Assembly: GCA_965248355.1 (NCBI GenBank)
Contig: OZ252098.1
Coordinates: 32,001-96,000 of the forward strand
Length of the DNA: 64,000 nucleotides
Origin: Candidatus Latescibacterota bacterium
GTDB taxonomy: Bacteria; Latescibacterota; UBA2968; UBA8231
Direction: 5' to 3'
This document shows positions 19,556 to 27,923 of this stretch, in pieces. A program made the position numbers and the translations under genes. How positions within the stretch are numbered: position 1 is the stretch's first letter; each line of letters begins with the position of its first letter. The notes beneath the pieces were generated by a model. That model was given only the letters and a program-made list of their open reading frames with translations, ran no database searches and had not been told where the DNA came from.

Positions 19556-20094
19556 TAAGTATAGGAAAAATGAGGCCCCTTTTTTCTCTTGCCAAGGCGC
19601 GAACGCACCGCAAGGGTCAGGGCAAGCCTGCTGATGATCGTTTGCAGGTCGTTTGACCGAGCTGGCAGTACGGTTTGGTCGCCTGTGGCCCCGTATCGGG
19701 TCCAACCCGGTACTCGATGAGGCCATTCAGGACATACTCCTGCCTACTCCCGGGGCCGGGAGGCCATCGCGGAGGAGGTCAGGCGGCGAACTCCAACTGC
19801 GGCTGCGGCGGGGCCCTCGGCGGGGGCCTCACCGGCAGCCCCACCCCCTCCAGATAGGTCCGGATCGAGGTCGGATCGGTCAGGGCGGCGATGATTCTCA
19901 GACGACCTCCACAGGCTGCGCATTCGCTGAGGTCGGCGCCAAACACCCGGGCCAGCAGGGCCGCCCACCCCAGGCGATGGCCGCAGGGCGGAGCGCTCGA
20001 AACGCGGTCCGCCGACGGCTCGGCAACCGGCTTGGCCGGCACGATGCGGCCGCGGTCCCGGGCCCGGGGGGCCAGGACCCCGTGGTAGCGCAGG
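19556..20094 (-). mobile_element. Partial copy of the IS91/ISCR-like element (transposase 3' end + oriIS end)
   Basis: 539 bp nearly identical to 22642-23180 (two mismatches noticed); ends in TTTTTCCTATAC. Confidence 0.9.
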
Positions 20095-20153
20095 GCGCCC
20101 GCGTATCGCACAGCCAGGCCGCGCCACACCTACAGCGCTTGACCGGACAACCT

Positions 20154-20197
20154 AAAAGACCCTTTATAATGCCTATACATTTATAATGCCTATACAT
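20154..20197 (+). repeat. oriIS-like 27-bp repeat with tandem duplication of its last 17 bp
   Basis: AAAAGACCCTTTATAATGCCTATACAT followed by TTATAATGCCTATACAT; the 27-mer recurs exactly at 22155-22181. Confidence 0.85.
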
Positions 20198-20257
20198 GCA
20201 CTGCGGTGAGAAGAAACTCTGGACGACAACGACATCTTCATCGAAAGGAGGAGCCAA

Positions 20258-22090
20258 GTGAACATCATCAAGGGCCCATATCTGCAATTCAATCGTCCTG
20301 AGGAAATGATCGTGCTGTGGGAAACAGATTCCCCCGGCCCATCCCGGGTGGATTACGGCCCGACTGAAGAATTCGGCCAATGCGTTGATCAGACCGCGCC
20401 CATGACCTTGCATTGCGTCGCGCTCCAGGCTCTGGAATCCGAGACTACCTACCACTACCGGATCCGCACCCAAGAGGCCCAAGCCGGCCCTTTCACCTTT
20501 CGCACCGCGGTCGACGACTCTACCTCCTTTGCCTTTGCCGTATTTGGCGATTCCCGCACCAGCCCCGAACAATCCGCTGGTATCTCTCGTCAAATGGCCA
20601 GCCACCAACCCCATTTTTTCCTCCACTCCGGCGACCTCGTCTCAAATGGCACCATGTACGAGCAGTGGGAAGAGCAGTTCTTTTCGCCGCTTGGAGAAGC
20701 CATTGCCCGCATCCCAATCTTCCCGGTCCTGGGCAACCACGAACAGAACTCCGCGCACTTCTATAACTTTTTCCCCAGTGGTTCCTGGTACTCCTTTGAT
20801 TGCGGCAACGCCCGATTCATTGCCCTGGATACAAATATCGCTTCCGGCGGGTTTGCACCCGGGACAGAGCAATATGCCTGGCTGGAGCGGTCCCTGGCAG
20901 AAACCTCTGCCCTGTGGCGCGTCGTCTGGTTCCACCACCCTCCTTATAGCTCGGGGAACCACGGTCCTTCCGTAGAGCAACGAGAGGCCCTAGCTCCTCT
21001 CCTCGAACAATACCAGGTGGATGTGGTATTCAATGGCCACGACCATATCTACGAACGCAGTTTTCCAATGCGGGCGAATCGGCGGGATGACGAATCCGGT
21101 GTCATCTATGTGGTCACCGGTGGGGGTGGCGCTCCGCTCTATCCCGTGGATGCCGGAGAGTGGACCGCTTTTGCCACCTCAGTGCATCATTGCTGCATCG
21201 TGTCCATCGACGGTCCCCATTTGCGCTGGCGCATCTACGACCTCGATGGCGAAGGAGTGGATTACCGATGGCTGTGCAAAGATCCCGCCTTTATTTCTGC
21301 GCAAGTCGACTCTCTACAAGACCCGGCCATGCGACTGGAGGCCATCTTTAACCTGGGGGCTCTTTGTCATCAAGATGCGGTCCCCGCCCTTTTACCTTTT
21401 GCAGAGGATCCCGATGCTCACATTCGGCGGCGACTGGCAGAAGCCCTGGCCAGAATGGGCGAACCCTGGACTCGAGAGAGCCTGGAGGGCCTGACCCGCG
21501 ACGATGAGATTGATACCGTGCGATGGGCGACCTTTGGTCTGGCATTGATCGCTCGAAAAGCACCCAGCCATCGCTTGAGTGAACTATTGCAGCATGCCGA
21601 CGAACAGGTGCGCCAACACGCCTCTCAGGGGCTCAAATTCATTCCCACGGACTGGGGACGCCAGACCTTGGCCGCCGCCATTGGCGATGCAGACGTCATG
21701 GTCCGCCGCAATGTAGCGCGGGCCCTGGCCCCGGTAGCAGGAGAAGTAGACTCTGCGGTCTGGAGCGCGGCTCTGGCAGACAAAGACGCCCTGGTTCGCA
21801 TGGCTGCTCTCCAGGGCATCGAAGGCATCGAAGGCATCGAGGAATTCTCGGATATTCTCCATCAACTCCTGGAGCACGACCACATCCCCACCCGCCGTGC
21901 CGCAATCCGGATGCTTTCCCTGCGGCCTCAAATGGATAGTCTCGAATTCTTTCTAAAGGCGCTGCACGACGAGGACCCCCAGGTGTGTCAGGGCGCAGCC
22001 GAAGCCCTGCAGGAATTGACGGGGGAACTCCTGCACCAACGCCCCGAAGCCTGGCGCTGGTGGTTTGAACAGCAGTCGAATGGCGAGTAA
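20258..22090 (+). CDS. Purple-acid-phosphatase-like metallophosphoesterase (FN3 + MPP) fused to HEAT repeats
   Basis: GDSR, GDLV, GNHE, HHPPY and GHDH.YER motifs; C-terminal HEAT-like repeats; AAGGAGGAG RBS. Confidence 0.9.
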   Translation: MNIIKGPYLQFNRPEEMIVLWETDSPGPSRVDYGPTEEFGQCVDQTAPMTLHCVALQALESETTYHYRIRTQEAQAGPFTFRTAVDDSTSFAFAVFGDSRTSPEQSAGISRQMASHQPHFFLHSGDLVSNGTMYEQWEEQFFSPLGEAIARIPIFPVLGNHEQNSAHFYNFFPSGSWYSFDCGNARFIALDTNIASGGFAPGTEQYAWLERSLAETSALWRVVWFHHPPYSSGNHGPSVEQREALAPLLEQYQVDVVFNGHDHIYERSFPMRANRRDDESGVIYVVTGGGGAPLYPVDAGEWTAFATSVHHCCIVSIDGPHLRWRIYDLDGEGVDYRWLCKDPAFISAQVDSLQDPAMRLEAIFNLGALCHQDAVPALLPFAEDPDAHIRRRLAEALARMGEPWTRESLEGLTRDDEIDTVRWATFGLALIARKAPSHRLSELLQHADEQVRQHASQGLKFIPTDWGRQTLAAAIGDADVMVRRNVARALAPVAGEVDSAVWSAALADKDALVRMAALQGIEGIEGIEEFSDILHQLLEHDHIPTRRAAIRMLSLRPQMDSLEFFLKALHDEDPQVCQGAAEALQELTGELLHQRPEAWRWWFEQQSNGE

Positions 22091-22154
22091 TCTTTTGAAG
22101 CATGCCGCGCTGAAAGGCCGCATGTTCAAAGGAGAGCACCCGCAGCGGCAACAC

Positions 22155-22181
22155 AAAAGACCCTTTATAATGCCTATACAT
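22155..22181 (+). repeat. Second copy of the oriIS-like 27-bp repeat
   Basis: Identical to 20154-20180. Confidence 0.85.
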
Positions 22182-22228
22182 CCGCTGTGTGGGGTCAAGT
22201 CAAGGCATGGTTCGGCTCGAGATAATCT

Positions 22229-22527
22229 GGTCGTTTACATCGCCGACGGCGGTAACGGCCGCATCCGCCGAGTGGATGAGGCCACCGGAATCATCACAAC
22301 CGCCGCTGGCTCCGGCGACGGAGGATCGCCTGAGCAGGTGGCACTGGCCATGCCTCGCCAGGTTTCCGTCGACGCATCGGGCCATCTGTACGTGGCCGAC
22401 ACCTGGAACAATCGGATCCTCAAGATTTCGACCAACCCAACGGCGCGAGGTGGCCGACGGGGTTTACGTCTACCGGCTGACCAGCCAGCGAGGGAGTCTG
22501 GCCAAACCGATGGTTCGTCTGAAGTAG
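22229..22527 (+). pseudogene. Fragment of an NHL-repeat protein plus a C-terminal FlgD-Ig/sorting-like tail
   Basis: YIADGGNGRIRRVD and LYVADTWNNRI repeats; out-of-frame VADGVYVYRL...MVRLK tail; no start. Confidence 0.65.
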
Positions 22528-22641
22528 CTTGGAACACCCGCCGACTGGCGAGTACGAGATCTTTGCGCCAAGTGCTATAATACTGTTATTTACCTTGAAA
22601 ATTGCGCATCTATCGCCATCTGAAAGCAGCGTGGCCCGTGA

Positions 22642-24470
22642 TAAGTATAGGAAAAATGAGGCCCCTTTTTTCTCTTGCCAAGGCGCGAACGCACCGCAAG
22701 GGTCAGGGCAAGCCTGCTGATGATCGTTTGCAGGTCGTTTGACCGAGCTGGCAGTACGGTTTGGTCGCCTGTGGCCCCGTATCGGGTCCAACCCGGTACT
22801 CGATGAGGCCATTCAGGACATACTCCTGCCTACTCCCGGGGCCGGGAGGCCATCGCGGAGGAGGTCAGGCGGCGAACTCCAACTGCGGCTGCGGCGGGGC
22901 CCTCGGCGGGGGCCTCACCGGCAGCCCCACCCCCTCCAGATAGGTCCGGATCGAGGTCGGATCGGTCAGGGCGGCGATGATTCTCAGACGACCTCCACAG
23001 GCTGCGCATTCGCTGAGGTCGGCGCCAAACACCCGGGCCAGCAGGGCCGCCCACCCCAGGCGATGGCCGCAGGGCGGAGCGCTCGAAACGCGGTCCGCCG
23101 ACGGCTCGGCAACCGGCTTGGCCGGCACGATGCGGCCGCGGGCCCGGGCCCGCGGGGCCAGGACCCCGTGGTAGCGCAGGAGATGGAACCGGGGCGGGGC
23201 ACCAGAGCCGCCAGCTTCTCCAGTAGTTCCATCGGAGACAGCAGGAGATGGCCGGTCCCATCCGACCACGGCGTTTTGAGCGCAAAGCAAAGCCGCTGCG
23301 AATCGAGGAGGCGCAGGCGCCCCGAGGCCAGGGCCGGCCGGGCCACGTAGCGGCACAAGCGTTCGAGCCCGCCCCGGTCAGGACCCGCGATCCGCGTCGC
23401 CGCATGCAGGGAAAAGCCGCGCGAGGCAAAGCACAAGGGCGCCGTACGCACCCCGGTGGCCGGATCTTGCAGGGCGCGTCGCAGGCGCTGGCCGGCCCGT
23501 TCCCCGGTGGCGACGGTCCCCCGCACCGAGGCCGCCGTCAGGGCGGCGAGCACGGGCTCCTCGTCGGCGAGCCGATCGGCGGCGGTGTCGTCGCGCAGGC
23601 CGCGTTTCGTGCACAAGCGGATGATGCGGCGCGCACTCGTCTGCACGATCTGCTGCACGTCTGAGTCGGACAACGGCGGGGCCGCTACGAAAACCGGAGC
23701 TTCTTCCCCATCGACGTAGACTCCGTCGAGCATGAGCACGTGTACGTGAGGATTGAGATTCAGGGAGGAACCGAACCGCTGGACGAAGGTCACCGAGCCC
23801 CAACGTGCATTACCATGGCCCATGGCCTGCGCCTGACGTCGATACCAGCCGCCCACCACGCGCAGAAACACCGCCAGTACCTTCGAGACCCACTCGCCGT
23901 CGTAGGCGAGGCGGTAGCGCATCTCGTACGGAAAGCTGAGCACCCACTGGCGCACCGGCACCCGGGGCAGCACGTCGTCGACCAGGCGCGCCGCCGTATC
24001 GGCCATGCGCCGGCCGCTGCACGAGGGGCAGAACCCGCGCTTCTTGCAGGAAAAGGCAACCGCCCGGCTCGCCCCGCAGTCCTCACAACGGGCGCGCACG
24101 AATCCGTAGGCCAGAATGCCGCATTCGAGGTAGGCGCGCATCTCCTTCTCGACGTGGAGCGGCAGTCGGTGATCGGACGTTCGGGTGTGCTGGAGAAAGG
24201 GTTCCAGATGCCCGGCGAGGATCTGGTAGAGGGGCTCCTTTTCCGGTTCGCGGCGGCGGTACGCGGACGGGCGGACAGGTGTGATCGGCATGGTGCCGGC
24301 CACACAGCAAGGGGGGGACCACCCGTGCTCGCGTCCGTTGTATTCCGGGGACTTGCTCTATGACTGGGTTGGTCAGCGCACGGGAGTGTGAAGATTCCCT
24401 CACATTCCGGATACATTCCGCCACGACAGGGCGCCCATCCCAACTGCCGTCAAGTCAAGGTTTCGGCACC
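22642..24470 (-). mobile_element. IS91/ISCR-like rolling-circle element
   Basis: HUH transposase gene; oriIS-like AAAAG-N13-CCTATAC end downstream; TGCCG..CGGCA hairpin near the upstream end (boundary approximate). Confidence 0.8.
22865..24303 (-). pseudogene. IS91/ISCR-family HUH transposase, frameshifted near 23196
   Basis: Zn-binding SCKKRGFCPSC, HUH motif HVH, single-Tyr LCRYVARP; C-terminus (LRYHGVLAP) continues in another frame after a C-run. Confidence 0.85.
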
Positions 24471-24472
24471 GA

Positions 24473-24562
24473 TCATTCACAATGCTGGCGGACTTTCTTT
24501 CGCGGAATCGCCTCGATCTCTCGTAGAGCAGAAGGCTTGATCTTGACGCTATATCTTGCCAC
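24473..24562 (-). pseudogene. Truncated RelE-family toxin (29 aa) abutting the IS91-like element
   Basis: MARYSVKIKPSALREIEAIPRKK N-terminus overlaps the antitoxin stop and ends at the IS boundary. Confidence 0.7.
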
Positions 24563-24782
24563 TGCGCTTCAAAGACTTGACGGCATCCTCATATGAGAGA
24601 TTGGGCTCAGCAGCGCGGTCTTCGAATGCAGCCAGATCCTCCGCGTCCTCGGCCAGTGACTGGCGCACTGCATCATTGACCAACTCGGAAACCGAACGGT
24701 CGGTCTCAGCCGCCTTGAGTCTCAAAGCCCGATGAATCGATGGGTCGAAATAGACGGTGCTGCGTTTTGTGGTATCAGTCAT
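24549..24782 (-). CDS. CopG/ribbon-helix-helix antitoxin
   Basis: KRSTVYFDPSIHRALRLKAA..SVSELVNDAVR..LAEDAEDL pattern. Confidence 0.85.
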   Translation of the reverse strand: MTDTTKRSTVYFDPSIHRALRLKAAETDRSVSELVNDAVRQSLAEDAEDLAAFEDRAAEPNLSYEDAVKSLKRSGKI

Positions 24783-24795
24783 TCGTCGAATATAA

Positions 24796-24813
24796 CGTTT
24801 TAACGTTAAAACG
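24796..24813. promoter_or_regulatory. Perfect 18-bp palindrome, probable TA autoregulatory operator
   Basis: CGTTTTAACGTTAAAACG, 13 bp upstream of the antitoxin start. Confidence 0.65.
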
Positions 24814-24914
24814 CCAAAGGCACAGCTCGTCCTCGACGTGGAATGGTAGCTGCCGGTCCGGCGAGCGGACAAGTCCTGAGCGGTGAGTGTGGAGCGTGGC
24901 GATGGCTGGAACAT

Positions 24915-25010
24915 TCATGGAGCGAACTTCTGTATCCGCTTGTTACCCACGTCGGCCACGTAGATGAAGCCTTCGTCGTCTACGGCCACGTTCCCGGCGA
25001 AGAATCTGGT
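24915..25010 (-). pseudogene. 3'-end fragment of an NHL-repeat gene
   Basis: Translates VAVDDEGFIYVADVGNKRIQKFAP-stop with no upstream gene body. Confidence 0.65.
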
Positions 25011-25015
25011 CCCCG

Positions 25016-25174
25016 TCACCTACCCTTCCGCCGTCGCCGCTGTCTTTTCACGGCCTCGCGCAATACGTATTCCACCTGGCCGTTCAGACTGCGCAATTCG
25101 TCCCGGGCCCATTCGTTGAGGTCAGACCATACCTCGGGATCAATGCGCAGGAGAATGGATTTCTTCTTGGCCAA
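25016..25174 (-). CDS. Arc/RHH-like DNA-binding protein (52 aa, absent from the ORF track)
   Basis: MAKKKSILLRIDPEVW..L.EWA.DELRSLNGQVEY.LREAV; typical partner downstream of SPFH genes. Confidence 0.8.
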   Translation of the reverse strand: MAKKKSILLRIDPEVWSDLNEWARDELRSLNGQVEYVLREAVKRQRRRRKGR

Positions 25175-25199
25175 GAAAGTCCTTACGCCGCGGAGTGAA

Positions 25200-26066
25200 C
25201 TAGTACAGGCTGCCGGCGTTAATGACCGGTTGGGTGGCCTCGTGCGAGCATAGGACCACCATCAAGTTGCTGACCATCGTCGCCTTTCTCTCTTCGCCCA
25301 GATCGACCAGTCCGGCTTTTTCGAGTCGACTGATTGCCATCTGCACCATGCCGACGGCACCGTCGACGATTTTCTGGCGTGCCGCGATCACCGCTTCCGC
25401 CTGCTGCCTCTGCAACATCGCGCTGGCGATCTCAGGGGCATAGGCGAGATGGTTGATACGAGCTTCGATCACCTGGACACCGGCCTCTCGAACACGCTCC
25501 TGTATCTCCTGCCCGAGCGCCTGCGAGACCTCATCGATTGACAGTCTGAGGCTGACCTCGCCTTCCTCCGCCTGATCGTATGGGTAGGTGGTGGCGATGT
25601 GGCGAACCGCTGACTCCGACTGCACATGCACGTACTGGCTGAAATCGTCGACATCGAACACCGCCTGTGCCGTGTCTCTGACCCGCCAGACAACGACGGC
25701 CGAAATCTCGATCGGATTGCCGGTCTTTTCGTTCACTTTGAGCTTGTCACTGTCAAAGTTGCGCGCTCGCAATGAGATCTTGCGGCGGGTGTAGAGTGGG
25801 TTGGCCCATCGGAAACCGGAAACTTTCTCCGTGCCTTTATAACGGCCGAACAGTAGCAGTACGGCCGCCTGGTTCGGCTCGACGGTAAACAATCCTCTGA
25901 ACATGACACCCAACACGATAAAGACGACGATAGCGGGGAGAATGATGTACGGCTGTGCTGCGCTGACGCCCTGGATGAAGACGAAGACATCGGCTGCCGC
26001 GAGAACCAGGAGGACGACGAGCGCCGTCCAGCCACCTCGCTGAGGTGTGTCCTTTTCAGTCGACAT
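25200..26066 (-). CDS. SPFH/band-7 domain membrane protein
   Basis: Two N-terminal TMs; LKVNE..GNPIEI, HLAYAPEIA.AMLQRQQA and VSNLMVVLC motifs. Confidence 0.92.
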   Translation of the reverse strand: MSTEKDTPQRGGWTALVVLLVLAAADVFVFIQGVSAAQPYIILPAIVVFIVLGVMFRGLFTVEPNQAAVLLLFGRYKGTEKVSGFRWANPLYTRRKISLRARNFDSDKLKVNEKTGNPIEISAVVVWRVRDTAQAVFDVDDFSQYVHVQSESAVRHIATTYPYDQAEEGEVSLRLSIDEVSQALGQEIQERVREAGVQVIEARINHLAYAPEIASAMLQRQQAEAVIAARQKIVDGAVGMVQMAISRLEKAGLVDLGEERKATMVSNLMVVLCSHEATQPVINAGSLY

Positions 26067-26100
26067 GGGGAGCTCCTTGCGGGAAGCGGTGTGGAGCGGC

Positions 26101-26127
26101 GATATCTTTAGGATATCAAATTGATAT
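26101..26127. promoter_or_regulatory. GATATC-type inverted repeat upstream of the SPFH operon
   Basis: ATATCA-AAT-TGATAT plus an extra GATATC. Confidence 0.5.
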
Positions 26128-26162
26128 TAGTAATCTACCCGCAAGGAGGGCTTCCCGCAAGT

Positions 26163-27137
26163 CTAAGGAAACGGCACGTGCTTTGAGTGACCATGCTCGC
26201 GCATCGCCTCAGACATGGCACATAAGTCCGCAGGAGTCGTGCCGCAGCATCCTCCGAGAATACGGACACCCAGATCGAGGAATCGAGGGACCGATTCGGC
26301 GATCAGCTGACCCTTCCTGGACCCGTTGGGTTGGATCATCACCGGCGCCTGCGCGGGGCGATGGGGCGAGGCGAGGATCTGCTCCGCCATTGCCAGGTAA
26401 TCCGACGCATCGAGCGAGTGGCCGCAGTGTGCCCCGACGACATCGGCTCCGGCGTCAATGGCGACCCGGGTCATCTCGTCGAGACTCACGCCTGCGACCT
26501 CATCGGCATGAACCGAGCGATGCGTCCGGAAGTCCCGATGAGTATCGGTTCCGTGATTGGCGTACACCGGCGTTGCCATGACGGGCCAGTCCGCGACTTG
26601 CTTTGAAGCTTCCACCGCCGCGGCCAACTCCAGGGGATCTGCCATGTACTCGACGATGACGGCGTCAGCCCCCGCATCGCGCATGGTCTGAGCCTGTCGT
26701 TTGTATTCCTCGCGCAACACAACCTTTTCCGGACGAACAGACCCTGGCATTTGGCTGATGCAATGGCCGATGTCTCCGAGCACCCAGGCGTCATCACGAC
26801 AGACACCGCGGGCGATCTTCGTGGCCGCTTCAATCAGCTTGACGCTGACACGAGCCGCCTCGGTAAGGGTCTGGACTCGGTCCCACATCAGGACATGGAA
26901 AGAGCTGACCTTGAACGTGTTGGTGAGGATCAGCTGACAACCGGCGTCCACATAATCTCGATGAACCGCCTCGACCACTGCCGGGTGATCGACGTTCCAA
27001 TACCCCGTGCTGAAGCTCATCTCCCTATCGGGGATCAAGCCTCGATTGAAACCCTGCTCCACGAGTTGCGTTTTCATGGCGCCATCACATAGGATCGGCC
27101 CTCGAGCAATGCGTTCCATGAGGTCATTGGCGGGCAT
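26163..27137 (-). CDS. Homocysteine S-methyltransferase family protein (stand-alone)
   Basis: DGAM, H.DY..AG, TNTF and Zn ligands GAHC and GGCCGTTP. Confidence 0.85.
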   Translation of the reverse strand: MPANDLMERIARGPILCDGAMKTQLVEQGFNRGLIPDREMSFSTGYWNVDHPAVVEAVHRDYVDAGCQLILTNTFKVSSFHVLMWDRVQTLTEAARVSVKLIEAATKIARGVCRDDAWVLGDIGHCISQMPGSVRPEKVVLREEYKRQAQTMRDAGADAVIVEYMADPLELAAAVEASKQVADWPVMATPVYANHGTDTHRDFRTHRSVHADEVAGVSLDEMTRVAIDAGADVVGAHCGHSLDASDYLAMAEQILASPHRPAQAPVMIQPNGSRKGQLIAESVPRFLDLGVRILGGCCGTTPADLCAMSEAMREHGHSKHVPFP

Positions 27138-27923
27138 CAGTGCTCCGGCTTCTCCCCGATCTGGGCGAGGCGCTCCCTGGCCTGCTCGTAGGTCGCATCC
27201 GGAAGCGGGCCGGCGCTGGCCGCCGATACGTTGGCCGCGAGGTGATCCGGATCGATCGTGCCAGCGATGGTCGTATGGCAGTCCGGATGGGTCAGCGTAA
27301 ACCGCAACACGAACTCGTGCCGATTCATGCCTTCGGACAGTTCCTCCAATCGAGCACGGTCCCATTTATCCTGGCGCTCGGCGCCTCCCCGATGACCTTT
27401 GGCGACACCGGCACGGATGATGATGCCAGCTCCAAACTCAGCAGCTTCTCTCATCACGTCCTCAAAACGACGATCCAGGGCTGAATAAGGGATCTGAAAG
27501 GTGTCGAAAACACCCATGCGGGCGAATTGCAGGAGATCGAACCCGTCAGTGGAGACACCGAGGAACCGAGTCTTGCCCGACCGTCTCAATTCCTGCAAAA
27601 CCTCGACGAGACCGCCATCCTCGACGTCTTCGACCGTCGCGTTGTGCAACTGCAGCAGGTCCACATGATCGGTTTTCATACGCTGCAGGCTTTCCTCCAT
27701 GTTCTTGCGCAACTGCTCTGCCGTCCAAATGTGCCGGGGTTCGTACCTGACGCCTTCCGGGCCCACGTTGCAACCGCATTTGGTCGCCAGCAGGAACTCA
27801 TCCCGCCGGTGGCTGATGTACCTGCCGATGCGAACCTCACTCAGGCCGTAGTCGGGGGCTGTATCGATGAAGTTGATGCCCGCATCCAACACTGAATTGA
27901 GGACGGCTTCTGCCCGTTGTTCA
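27137..27923 (-). pseudogene. Aldo/keto reductase lacking its N-terminus (cut by IS1380)
   Basis: GINFIDTAPDYG, LATKCG and DLLQLH motifs; 5' end abuts the IS IR. Confidence 0.85.

Noticed and set aside
20154-22181. 27-bp repeats as integron attC sites or plain promoters
   Set aside because: No palindromic attC structure and no integrase. The nearest TTGACC is 20 bp from TATAAT, and the second copy precedes only a gene fragment; a promoter role is not fully excluded.
23190-23200. Programmed frameshift in the IS91-like transposase
   Set aside because: No slippery heptamer; a single missing C in a homopolymer is more likely a mutation or a sequencing error.
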